From an uncultured Myxococcales bacterium (GTDB lineage: Bacteria > Myxococcota_A > UBA9042 > DTJE01), in assembly GCA_903936705.1 (NCBI GenBank), contig CAIZWN010000068.1, forward strand, positions 105,680-169,679: a DNA stretch of 64,000 nt, read 5' to 3'. The stretch's first letter is position 1. Each line of letters opens with the position of its first letter. The notes under the pieces were generated by a model. The model was given only the letters and a program-made list of their open reading frames with translations. It did not search any database and was not told the origin of the DNA. The position numbers and the translations under genes are program-made. This document shows, piece by piece, positions 20,163 to 29,480 of the stretch.

Positions 20163-21326
20163 ATGTCGGAAGCGACCTCGGTGCTGGGAACGTTGGTGCA
20201 GGCAATGCTGGAGGGTATCCGGGACGGGCGTGTGGCCCGGGTCGTTCAGGGGAAGCTGATGCCAGACCTGCAGGCGGCCCTGGAAGAGGGGTTTGTAGAC
20301 AGGTTCCTCGAGCGTCTGGGCGAGGATGCCGACGAGTTCGGAGAATTTCCAGATGAGGTCGTTCATTCGGTCGATGACGCGTTTTCCTGGGTTGCGGACG
20401 AGCGCCCCCAGTTCCGCGACCAGGCCTCAGAGGCCGTCGCGCTGATTGTTGGCGGCTTCATCGACAAGAAGCGCGACGAGATTCTCGAGGCAATGAGGCA
20501 GGCAGGCGAGGGGCCGGACGGCGATCGCGCAGGCAGGATGGCGAAGGTCGAAGCGGCCATGGCCGATTTGGCACTGGGGCGAAAGGCCTTGGACGATCTG
20601 CCGGCGCGGGCCGAGGCGGCCTCGCTGGACGCGATTCTCGAACCCGCGGTTGTCCTGTTTGAAAAGGCCCGTGACCTTCTGGAGGAGGTTGCGCTGGATG
20701 ACGGAATACTCGGGGTGCCCGAGGGCGCGTTATCGGCAAGGGACCGTATCAGGGATGTCTGGATGGCCGAGGTCGAACTGTACCTGGCTGCGGTCGACAA
20801 GTTTGGTCGTCCGTTGGACAAGTCCGACGTCGTGACGTTTGAACAGCAACCATATCTTCTGGACGCAATCGTGGCGCTTCAGGAGGCCTTGACCTTGCGG
20901 ATCGAGGCCGCGGATCTTTTGCGGTTGGCCCGCCTGCGCATGGCCAAGGGCGACATTGGAGAGGCGAGGGCGCTGGTTGTTCGGATCAGGGAAATGGATC
21001 CGGACCAGGGACTTCTTGACGAGGCGGCGTCGCTGGACGAACGCCTGTCGGCCTCGTCCCCATTGAGCAGTGACAAGCGTTGCTTCATAGCTACGGCCGC
21101 AGCCGGGGAACAAGCGCTTGAGGTCCAGACCCTTCGTGCCTGGCGCGACAAGGTGCTGGCAGGATCGCGCGCCGGACGGTCGGCCATCTCGGTCTACTAT
21201 CGTTTTTCCCCCCCAATTGCCGGCATGATCAAGGATTCCCGGATTGCCAGGAAGACCGTCAGGTCGCTGGTCGTCGTGCCCATGGCGAGGCTGGCGAACA
21301 TCTGGATGAATCGTCTGCCGCATTGA
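20163..21326 (+). CDS. Helical protein with a C-terminal CFI-box-CTERM domain
   Basis: KRCFIATAA...EVQTLRAWRDKVL...GRSAISVYYRFSPPIA; TPR-like helices precede it. Confidence 0.8.
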   Translation: MSEATSVLGTLVQAMLEGIRDGRVARVVQGKLMPDLQAALEEGFVDRFLERLGEDADEFGEFPDEVVHSVDDAFSWVADERPQFRDQASEAVALIVGGFIDKKRDEILEAMRQAGEGPDGDRAGRMAKVEAAMADLALGRKALDDLPARAEAASLDAILEPAVVLFEKARDLLEEVALDDGILGVPEGALSARDRIRDVWMAEVELYLAAVDKFGRPLDKSDVVTFEQQPYLLDAIVALQEALTLRIEAADLLRLARLRMAKGDIGEARALVVRIREMDPDQGLLDEAASLDERLSASSPLSSDKRCFIATAAAGEQALEVQTLRAWRDKVLAGSRAGRSAISVYYRFSPPIAGMIKDSRIARKTVRSLVVVPMARLANIWMNRLPH

Positions 21327-21336
21327 CTCATCCTCG

Positions 21337-23250
21337 TTGGCCTTGGTCCTTACGTCGCCAGCTTGGCGGGTGCGATCCGGCCCCCCTATACTGGCCGGGC
21401 GTTCGCACAGCAGGACAGCCTTGCCGTCCGGAACACAGTATTGTTTGCGCTGCCAGCGGACCTACGGGCCCGACCAGCCTTTCTGCCCCCTGGACGGTGT
21501 GCCGTTGCGGCCGATTCGCCAGGAGTTGCCAGGGGTAGGGACCATGGTGCATGGTCGCTATCTGGTGCGATCCCTGGTTGCCGATGGCGGTATGGGCACG
21601 GTTTTCAAGGCGGCTGACATACGTGAAAGGCGCGAGGTCGCCCTGAAGATCCTGAAGCCCGCATTGGCGGCCAGGGAAACCGCGATCGGCCGGTTCTTTG
21701 TCGAGGCTCGTGCTGCTGGCCGTTTGCGCCATCCGAACGTTGTCGAGATGTTCGATTTCGGCGTGTCACGCGAAGGCTGGTTGTTTCTTGCGATGGAGTA
21801 TCTGCCAGGAGAGACGCTGGCCGATCGGATAGGCCGTCAGGGTCGATTGTCGGTTGGCGAATCGGTGATGGGGGCAATGGGAATTGCCGAGGCCTTGATC
21901 CACGCGCACCAGCACGGGGTCATCCACCGGGACCTGAAACCGGAGAACGTCGTGCTGGTCGACTGGGACCGCGAGGGAGCCTTCGTCAAGGTTCTGGATT
22001 TCGGAATAGCGGCAATAGCGGATTCCCCCATTCGCGGCGCCCTTCATCGAGGCGAGGTGTTGGGCACCCCGGCATACATGAGTCCCGAGCAGGTTCGCGG
22101 CGACGTCGTTGATTCGCGCAGCGACCTGTATTCCCTCGGTGTGCTGCTGTTCGAGGCTCTGTCCGGAAGTCCCCCCTTCCCAGGGTTCTCGGCCGTTGAG
22201 GTCATGCGGCAGCACCTCGCCGAGGCGCCTCCACCCCTGCCGGCACTCGTGGTCCCCCCCGAGGCATGGCGGAGGCTGGAGGCCCTCGTGGCGGATCTTC
22301 TGGAAAAGGATGCGACAAGCAGGCCCGATTCGGCATCGGACGTGTTGGGGCGCCTGCGCGCTGTGCTGGACGTTCTTGCGCTGGACCGTGCCAGGGCGTT
22401 GGATTCCGGATTGCTGGGCGAGGTTCTTGCGCCGTTGCAGACTCTGGTGCCGTTCCACGAGCGTCCGACCATGGACTCGGTATCCCTGGGGCTTTCGGCG
22501 GACGCGTCGTTTCACGGCAGCCCGACGTTGCTGCTGTCCGATGGCGGTCTGATGATGGCATTGGATTCCCCGTCGGCTCCAGGGGTTCGGCTGCAGCTGG
22601 CCACCCTTGGCCCCCGTATCGAGGTTCCATGGACGCTGGCTCCTGTCATCCTGCCGGTTGATTGCGCGCCGATCCGTTTGATTGAACCCCAGGCGCAGAA
22701 ATCGGTTGATGTCGAGATATCGCTGGTGCACATAGAACTGGATCTTGCCCCCGAGAGCGGTCGTGGAGCATCGCCCAGACAGTGGTTCATGCCCGAGATG
22801 GAGGCGTTCGAGTCAGCGGCCATGGCCGCCGGCGGGTGTATCTGCTTCGACTCGGGTGACGAGGTTCGCCTGGTTTTCGGCCTGTACGATCAGGCCGACG
22901 AACCCTGGATTCCGGCCATGCAAGCGGCGGCGGACATCATCGCGCGGGCCAGGCGTTTTGCTGCCGGAACAGGCGTGCCGGTTTCCGTCCGAATAGGCGT
23001 CTGCACCGACACGGTCTCGCGTCGCACCGCCAATGTCGGCTCGCCCGATCACGCGCTTCGCGGTTCGGCGGTCGACCTGGCTGTTCGCCTGGCGCGCATG
23101 GCCTTGAAGGACCAGATCGTGCTGGACGAAAGAACCCGCGCGCAGACCCGTCGCGCCTGGCCATTCGAAGACCTGGGCCGGGTCAAGGTACGTGGCCGCG
23201 AGCATTTGACCCGCATCTTCGGTCTGACCGGTCTTCGACTGGCAGGGTAG
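21337..23250 (+). CDS. Ser/Thr protein kinase with an N-terminal Zn-ribbon and a degenerate class III cyclase-like C-terminus
   Basis: CLRC..CPLDG; GGMGTVF, VALK, HRDLKPEN, DFG, GTPAYMSPEQ; C-terminal VRIGV...GSAVDLAVRL...KVRGR. Confidence 0.88.
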   Translation: MALVLTSPAWRVRSGPPILAGRSHSRTALPSGTQYCLRCQRTYGPDQPFCPLDGVPLRPIRQELPGVGTMVHGRYLVRSLVADGGMGTVFKAADIRERREVALKILKPALAARETAIGRFFVEARAAGRLRHPNVVEMFDFGVSREGWLFLAMEYLPGETLADRIGRQGRLSVGESVMGAMGIAEALIHAHQHGVIHRDLKPENVVLVDWDREGAFVKVLDFGIAAIADSPIRGALHRGEVLGTPAYMSPEQVRGDVVDSRSDLYSLGVLLFEALSGSPPFPGFSAVEVMRQHLAEAPPPLPALVVPPEAWRRLEALVADLLEKDATSRPDSASDVLGRLRAVLDVLALDRARALDSGLLGEVLAPLQTLVPFHERPTMDSVSLGLSADASFHGSPTLLLSDGGLMMALDSPSAPGVRLQLATLGPRIEVPWTLAPVILPVDCAPIRLIEPQAQKSVDVEISLVHIELDLAPESGRGASPRQWFMPEMEAFESAAMAAGGCICFDSGDEVRLVFGLYDQADEPWIPAMQAAADIIARARRFAAGTGVPVSVRIGVCTDTVSRRTANVGSPDHALRGSAVDLAVRLARMALKDQIVLDERTRAQTRRAWPFEDLGRVKVRGREHLTRIFGLTGLRLAG

Positions 23251-23285
23251 GGCGCGTCGGGAAGTCTTGACCAGCACGACAATCG

Positions 23286-24020
23286 TCAGGAAGCCAGCCG
23301 CATCGGACGGTTGCAGTGGGGGCATGGCACTCGTCCCATGGCCGTCTGGCGCGTGCGTGGCAGGCGAACACCGCAGGTGTCGCAAATCAGGAACATCTTT
23401 ACGTACGACGAGCGCCGATCTCCGTCGTCGCGACCGGAAGGACCCCGAAACTGCGGCGTGGTCGCGGGAGCGGGGTCTCCGTGCGGGAACGTTGGGCCGT
23501 CATCGTACCCCGGGGGCGGCGCATTCACGTAGCCGGCAGGCGGACCGTTCTCCAGCGCCGCCTCGGCCGGGGTCGGTGCGGCGCTGGTCATAGGTCCTGT
23601 TGCAGCAGCGACTGCGCCGGCAACGAAGGGTGGTTCGGCAGGTAAATCCATTCCCAGGGCTACCAGAACGGCTCGCCGGATGGCTCGGATCGCCCGCAAC
23701 GCATCACCAGAGGATCCCTGCGCGGGGTTTCCCTTGCCTGGAGTGCCGTGCGCCGCCAGTGCCTCGACTGCCGCCGCGACCTCGGACAGCCCCTCGCACT
23801 TGCGGATTTCCTGGTACACGCGAGCCAGGTCCCACATCGGGTTGGCCTTTACGGCCATCGCCTCGCACAACCCTCGCAGGAATTTTTCGGCCGCCTGGGC
23901 CGAATGATACTGGGCCATCGATGACCCGCCAGGTCGCCTGGCAAGGGTCGCAGCATCCACAAGATCCTCGTCGGCCTCGGCAAGCCAAGCCGCCACATCA
24001 GCATCATCAAGCGTCTTCAT
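23286..24020 (-). CDS. HEPN-like domain protein with a C-terminal Zn ribbon
   Basis: WLAEADEDL...YHSAQAAEKFLRG (HEPN N-terminal pattern); CDTC-x16-CPHC. Confidence 0.7.
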   Translation of the reverse strand: MKTLDDADVAAWLAEADEDLVDAATLARRPGGSSMAQYHSAQAAEKFLRGLCEAMAVKANPMWDLARVYQEIRKCEGLSEVAAAVEALAAHGTPGKGNPAQGSSGDALRAIRAIRRAVLVALGMDLPAEPPFVAGAVAAATGPMTSAAPTPAEAALENGPPAGYVNAPPPGYDDGPTFPHGDPAPATTPQFRGPSGRDDGDRRSSYVKMFLICDTCGVRLPRTRQTAMGRVPCPHCNRPMRLAS

Positions 24021-24088
24021 TTCTCCAGGAACTCCACCGTCAGCCGGCCGGATTGTACGCTAAATCGTGGCAGGCCGCGAAGCGCCTA

Positions 24089-24937
24089 CTAAGTCGGGGG
24101 ATTGTTCGGGTCTCCCAGGCAGCGCTCGAACGTCGTCGGGAAGGGTGGCACGGTGCCGTCAGGGTTCACTATCACGCAGGCGATGGGCAGTGTGCGGGTC
24201 AGACCATCACAGCCATTTTCCTGGACCGTGATCATGTCGGAGCCCAGCACCTGGAGGCAGTCCATGGGCTGGCACGAACGCCCCCCGAATCCCATCGTGG
24301 AGTGGTAGGAGTTGAAGTTATTGCCATCCAGCGTGAAGGTCACAAAGTCGTTGTGGTGGTTGCCACCCCAACTGTAGGCTGCGCCATCGACCTTGGCCAC
24401 GACGTCGTCGAACGACGTCCAGAAGCCGTCGGTCACGTAGGTGCATCCCTTCATCCCCTCGCATTTTTCGGGAGATGCCTGCACGTAGAAGCACCCCTCG
24501 GTCGCGCCGTACTTGAAGGTGCATACGTGATCGGTTTGCGGCATGTCCTGCGTGGTGGCAGGGTCCCCCTCGAACATCGGTGCGAACGGGACCGTCATGA
24601 TCTGCGGGGCCCGGAGGTCAAACCCGCACGGCGAGGTAATCGGCGTCACGTCGACTGGAACATCCATCTGGATATCGATTGGCAGGTCCGCGGGGACATC
24701 AGGCGCTATCGTGTCAACGGGCAGGTCCGAAAGTAGATCGGTTGGCAAATCGGCCGGAACTTCGGCCGGCACGTCAACAGAATTCGGGTCAACGCCCGGA
24801 TCGCCCGCTTCGGCCGGAACGTCCGGAGTAAAAAGATCCCGCGCGTCCCCCCCGCCGGAGGAATCGCACGACACCACGGTCAAAAAAGCGACCATCAGGA
24901 TACCCAGGCATCCACGCATCGAAAGCCTCCTGTCCAC
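24089..24937 (-). CDS. Hypothetical Cys-rich lipoprotein with an Asp/Pro-rich linker
   Basis: Lipobox VVS-C; DVPAE/DLP repeats; C-terminal domain with about 11 Cys. Confidence 0.7.
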   Translation of the reverse strand: MDRRLSMRGCLGILMVAFLTVVSCDSSGGGDARDLFTPDVPAEAGDPGVDPNSVDVPAEVPADLPTDLLSDLPVDTIAPDVPADLPIDIQMDVPVDVTPITSPCGFDLRAPQIMTVPFAPMFEGDPATTQDMPQTDHVCTFKYGATEGCFYVQASPEKCEGMKGCTYVTDGFWTSFDDVVAKVDGAAYSWGGNHHNDFVTFTLDGNNFNSYHSTMGFGGRSCQPMDCLQVLGSDMITVQENGCDGLTRTLPIACVIVNPDGTVPPFPTTFERCLGDPNNPPT

Positions 24938-25085
24938 GCGTCACGCCGGTGATTGTACCGTTTTTTCTGCGGACGTTGTGGTTTCTGTTGCGGTGCCGGG
25001 TGGATCATGGAACGGGACACATGGGTTCAGCGATCCCGTATGATTCGTTCTGCCAGCCGAGCCGAACTTTGGGGAGGGAACATTC

Positions 25086-27539
25086 ATGACCGATGCTCCA
25101 GGGACCGTCACCGTTCGGATTCTGCTGGGACTTTTTTGGGTATTCGCGTCCTGCAGTGACCAGGAGGCTGCTGCGCCTGCTGCATGCGGACGACTTTCCG
25201 TCGCCCTTTCGGACTTGGCCGGTGGCGCTCCTACCCTCTTCCAGGTCCTTGTTGATCCGGGTGGCGACGGGTGGCGGTCGGTTGACTGCTCGCCTGGTGG
25301 GGTGCGGGCCGAGGGATCAACTTGCAAAGGCGGTGTCGCGACCCTTCCGCTGGCGGTCGTTGCCAGCATAGGTCTGACCGTCAAGGCGCCCGGGTACCGT
25401 ACGGTTAGGACGACCGTGGTGCCACGGTGGGAAGTTCAGTCAGACGCCGCCGCCGCGGTCGGATGCGGCGGACATGTCAATGCCGCAACCCTCGATGTGG
25501 CCCTGCTTGCCTTGCCGGTACCGGTCGTCACGGCCGACTACCGGACGGGCTTTGCGACTGACGGGGGGCTGGAGAGTTTTGTCAGCCAGGCGTACCAGGC
25601 CGCCGATGACATGGGTCCCGCCCAGGTGGTGAAGTTCTTCATCGAGGGGCTCGACGGCGAAATCAACGTGTTTTTCCAGCACACGGTGAAGCATCCGTTG
25701 CACTACGACTTCGTGCGCACCGTATTAAAGCGGGCCGTCTCGCTGGCGGAGTTCGAAAGGACGACCTACCACGGCGCCAGCCGGACCCAGATGGCCGGCA
25801 GCCTCATCTGGCGGCCCGACCTGCGTGTTTCCATCGATGGCGTCAATGTGGCCGGCGTGATGACCATCGAGTACTTCCCGAACGACGATCTGACCCCAGC
25901 GCTGGCCACCAGTGCCTTCGAGGCGCTCCAGGAACGCCTTCCTTTCCTGGCGCTGACAGGGCCGGGACCACGCCTGGTCTATCTGCCGCCAGGGAACGTC
26001 CAGGAGGTGCAGGCCAAGGACGCTGCCCGGGACCTGGCCGTGGCCGGAGTGTCGTGGACCTCCCGCAGCACCCTGTATGCCGGCGTGACCGAGCAGCGTC
26101 TGAATCCTGGTGTGACGTTCGGCACGCTTCGGAAGTTCACGCCCGAGGAACTGCCTACTGCTGCCGTGTCCTTCAGGGACATCGTCCTGCTTACCCGGCT
26201 GCCGAACGACCTGCCGCTGGTTGGAGGGACCATCACGGAGGAGCTCCAGACGCCACTGGCCCACGTGAATGTCGCAGCCCGGGCTCGTGGCACACCCAAC
26301 CTTGCCTTGCTGGGGGCATCGACCGACCCCAGGGTGGCCCCGTTCCTGGGGATGCGGGTCAGGTTCGAGGTCAAGCGTTCGGAATTCACGATCCGGGAGG
26401 CCACCGTCGAGGAAACCGACGCCTTCTGGCGCGATCGCCTTGACCGTCCGCCGATTGCTCCGGTTTTCGACGTTGGCCGCGATGGGCTGATCCCTTTCGC
26501 TGACCTGGGCTTTGATGACGCCGCAACCGTGGGTGTGAAGGCTGCAAACCTGGCCGAGATGCTGGGTATCCTGCCGGCAAACGTGCCCGACGGGTTCGCC
26601 GTACCCTTCCACTACTACGACACGTTCGTGACCAGTGCGCAGGTGACTCCAGAAGCATGTGTTGCCGCAGGGGCCGACTGCCAGGTGCTGGGTCTCGACA
26701 CCACGATATGCAGTCGTGTCGAGGCCTTTTGCAAAGGTACCACCGCCTTGAACGTGGCGTCGCTGCAGGCGTTGATCACAAGTTTGCAGGAGGACCCGGA
26801 GGTCGCCACGGACTCGGTTTTGCGCAGCGCCCTTCTGGCCGCGGTCCGCTTCCTGTTCTGTTATCTCCCAATGGACCCGGCCTTTGCCACCGCCCTTGAC
26901 GATCGGGTGCGCCAGCAGTTCGGCGCGATCAAGGTGCGTCTGAGGTCAAGCAGCAATGCCGAGGATCTCCCGGACTTTTCGGGTGCCGGCTTGTACACGT
27001 CAATCGGCGCGACACTTGGCTCGAAGCATCCGCCATCGGCTCGGATCTGCGAAGTTTGGGCCTCGTTGTGGAACTGGAAGGCATACGAGGAACGGTCCTT
27101 CTGGAACGTGGTCCACGCGTCGGTTCGGATGGGTGTAGGCGTTCACAACGCGTTCCCGGACGAACAGGCGAACGGCGTCCTGATCACCCAGAACATCGCG
27201 GACCCGTTTGCGGTTGGGATGTACGTGAACATCCAGAAGGGCGAAGTATCGGTCACGAACCCCGAAGGAAGCGAGACGCCTGAGGTTTTCACGATCGTGC
27301 CCGGTCCTGCCGGGGTCCAGGTGGCACGTCAGCGGTTTTCGAGCCTGTCACCGGTCACGCCCCTGTTGACCGACGCTGAGGTCCTGGCGCTGTACAAGGC
27401 CGCAGCGAAAGTCCAGACGCACTTTGCCCCGCTGTACAAGATGCCCGAATACAACCTTGCGCTGGACATCGAGTTCAAGTTTCACGGCCCGAATCGGGAC
27501 CTGATAGTCAAGCAGGTCCGGCCCTACCGGGTGCAATAG
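25086..27539 (+). CDS. Lipoprotein with a PEP/pyruvate-binding (PPDK N-terminal ATP-grasp) domain
   Basis: Lipobox FAS-C; GVKAANL, VPDGFAVP, RLRSSSNAEDLPDFSGAGLYTS, VWASLW, DIEFK, KQVRP. Confidence 0.82.
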   Translation: MTDAPGTVTVRILLGLFWVFASCSDQEAAAPAACGRLSVALSDLAGGAPTLFQVLVDPGGDGWRSVDCSPGGVRAEGSTCKGGVATLPLAVVASIGLTVKAPGYRTVRTTVVPRWEVQSDAAAAVGCGGHVNAATLDVALLALPVPVVTADYRTGFATDGGLESFVSQAYQAADDMGPAQVVKFFIEGLDGEINVFFQHTVKHPLHYDFVRTVLKRAVSLAEFERTTYHGASRTQMAGSLIWRPDLRVSIDGVNVAGVMTIEYFPNDDLTPALATSAFEALQERLPFLALTGPGPRLVYLPPGNVQEVQAKDAARDLAVAGVSWTSRSTLYAGVTEQRLNPGVTFGTLRKFTPEELPTAAVSFRDIVLLTRLPNDLPLVGGTITEELQTPLAHVNVAARARGTPNLALLGASTDPRVAPFLGMRVRFEVKRSEFTIREATVEETDAFWRDRLDRPPIAPVFDVGRDGLIPFADLGFDDAATVGVKAANLAEMLGILPANVPDGFAVPFHYYDTFVTSAQVTPEACVAAGADCQVLGLDTTICSRVEAFCKGTTALNVASLQALITSLQEDPEVATDSVLRSALLAAVRFLFCYLPMDPAFATALDDRVRQQFGAIKVRLRSSSNAEDLPDFSGAGLYTSIGATLGSKHPPSARICEVWASLWNWKAYEERSFWNVVHASVRMGVGVHNAFPDEQANGVLITQNIADPFAVGMYVNIQKGEVSVTNPEGSETPEVFTIVPGPAGVQVARQRFSSLSPVTPLLTDAEVLALYKAAAKVQTHFAPLYKMPEYNLALDIEFKFHGPNRDLIVKQVRPYRVQ

Positions 27540-27563
27540 CCGTGTTCTGACGTGGGGGCCGGT

Positions 27564-29435
27564 CTATTCGTTCGCGCCGACGAACCCGAAGAATCGGCCT
27601 GCCCAGTAGGGCAGCAGGTAGCCCGACGGGATCATCGCCTGCGTCGGATCGGCACCGCACCCCCCGCGCGAGTATGGGCTGCCCCACCACGGGAACAGCG
27701 ACGCGCATCGTTCCTCGATGGGAATCGGTTGGTCGGTCAGGCTGCCGTGACGATCTGACGTGCAGGTTTCCGGGTGGTCCGTCGTGTCCCGTGCCACCAG
27801 GATGTTCGTTTCGGGATACGCCTTCAATGTGCACAGGCCATCATCGATCAGTGAGGCGGCGCGCGTTTCGTCGATCAGCTTCCCGAATGTCCCCGTGTCG
27901 CCGGCTTCAAGCATGGCAGCCAGAAGGAAGTTCCAGTGGGGATTTTGCTCGGCCCACAAGTCCTGTCCCGTCGCATCCGGCCCCCGCGTGTTCTTCAGAA
28001 ACGCCGCCCGATAGTTCGCCCTTAGGGCCGGGTCGCCTTCCGCGAACATGAGGATCACGTAGTTCAGCAAGACCATGTTCACGTTGTCGTAGTTGTTCAA
28101 CTGGCAGCCGAGGGTCAACCCAAGGTTCTCGGCGATGTAGGTTCGGTAGTCGGCCGGAGCTTCGAACTCGGTAGGCTGGTTGATGCACTGCAGTTCCCCA
28201 TTCATCTGCAGCAGGCAGTTGAACATTGCTTCGCGGAGTTTGGGGTCTTGCGTTGCGGTCAGCCCCGATCGCGTGGCAGCCAGCGCGTGCAGCGCGTTGA
28301 AGCCCGGGAACTCGTCCAGCGACAGGGCATAGTAGGACCCGTACCGAGTCGGCATACCGTCGAAATCGATAAGGTGGTAGGCATTGTTGACCAGGTGCGT
28401 GGCCAGGGCACCGAGCACCTCCGCGGCCATAGCCTTCAGTTCGGCGTCATCGACGATCGAGAAGATGATTGCGGCGGCAAAGTTGTGGCCCGACGACTCG
28501 TCCTTGCTGCAGTTGCGCTGCCAGCACATGTTGGCGTACGCCAGATCGACGCAGTGAGCTGGGTCGTCCTTGACCATGGCGCCGGATCCGCCGCCTGCCG
28601 CGGGATCCCAATACCAACTGCAAGCCTGGGCATCCAGTTTTACCCATCGGTTCCCGACGCGGTCGATTGGCTTGGCGTACTCCTCGCCGTCGGGGGGGCA
28701 TGCATCGCCGGGGATGCTGTTGTCCCGGTACTCGCGGGCGAATAGCCCCTGCACGCCGGTGATCTGCATTGCGTGGTACAGCCCCGTGAACGACCGTTTC
28801 AGGGTGTCCAGGGCCACGGGATCCTTTGTAACCGCATAGCGAAATGCCTGGGACGCGACGAACAGGCTGGACCACAGGCCGTGGTTCTCGCCGTACTGGT
28901 AGAGGGCCACATTTGGAATCTGGTCGTCGGGGACGATCCCCGTAGGAACAGCGGCTTCCAAAGTGACATCATGCACCAGCGAGAACGGGCGCACCGAGGC
29001 GGGTACCAGATGCACCTTGCCGCCTATCCAATCGTAGTACTCGGCCTTCTGCTTCAGTGTCTTTGCGGTCGGGTTGTGCGGCTTTGTACATGCTGGGGCC
29101 GACGCCGGCTTCCAGCGGGATGCCAGGTCCCAGCCGGGGAACGTGGTCGGGGCATCGACCCCCTGGTCGCCGACAGCCAGGTCGTTCGGTATGTCCAGCA
29201 GATTCGGCACGTCCGAAACGTCCGGCACGACGTCTGGGAGGGGGCTGTCGTCCTTGCCCTCGGTGACATCCGTGTCCGACGCACCCAGGTCCCCCGTAGG
29301 CACCTCAACGCCAGTGTCAGCGGCAAGGTCCTTTGTAGATGAACCCCCGCAGGCCAGACCTGCGCAAATCAACATTCCGATCACTGCACATGCAAACCGG
29401 CACATCATCCGTTCCTCGCAACGCGGTGGGGGCAC
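27564..29435 (-). CDS. Hypothetical lipoprotein, possibly a helical-barrel enzyme
   Basis: Lipobox LA-C-GG; acidic linker; ENHGLWSSLFVASQAFRYAVT, GLFARE, SKDESSGH, YLLPYWAGR. Confidence 0.7.
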   Translation of the reverse strand: MPPPRCEERMMCRFACAVIGMLICAGLACGGSSTKDLAADTGVEVPTGDLGASDTDVTEGKDDSPLPDVVPDVSDVPNLLDIPNDLAVGDQGVDAPTTFPGWDLASRWKPASAPACTKPHNPTAKTLKQKAEYYDWIGGKVHLVPASVRPFSLVHDVTLEAAVPTGIVPDDQIPNVALYQYGENHGLWSSLFVASQAFRYAVTKDPVALDTLKRSFTGLYHAMQITGVQGLFAREYRDNSIPGDACPPDGEEYAKPIDRVGNRWVKLDAQACSWYWDPAAGGGSGAMVKDDPAHCVDLAYANMCWQRNCSKDESSGHNFAAAIIFSIVDDAELKAMAAEVLGALATHLVNNAYHLIDFDGMPTRYGSYYALSLDEFPGFNALHALAATRSGLTATQDPKLREAMFNCLLQMNGELQCINQPTEFEAPADYRTYIAENLGLTLGCQLNNYDNVNMVLLNYVILMFAEGDPALRANYRAAFLKNTRGPDATGQDLWAEQNPHWNFLLAAMLEAGDTGTFGKLIDETRAASLIDDGLCTLKAYPETNILVARDTTDHPETCTSDRHGSLTDQPIPIEERCASLFPWWGSPYSRGGCGADPTQAMIPSGYLLPYWAGRFFGFVGANE

Positions 29436-29480
29436 ACTTTACGTTGTCGGTGGGATTGAACGCAACCGGGTTCTGGTGGT

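Noticed and set aside
23286-24020. HEPN-MNT toxin-antitoxin system
   Set aside because: No nucleotidyltransferase gene is adjacent and the catalytic motifs are missing.
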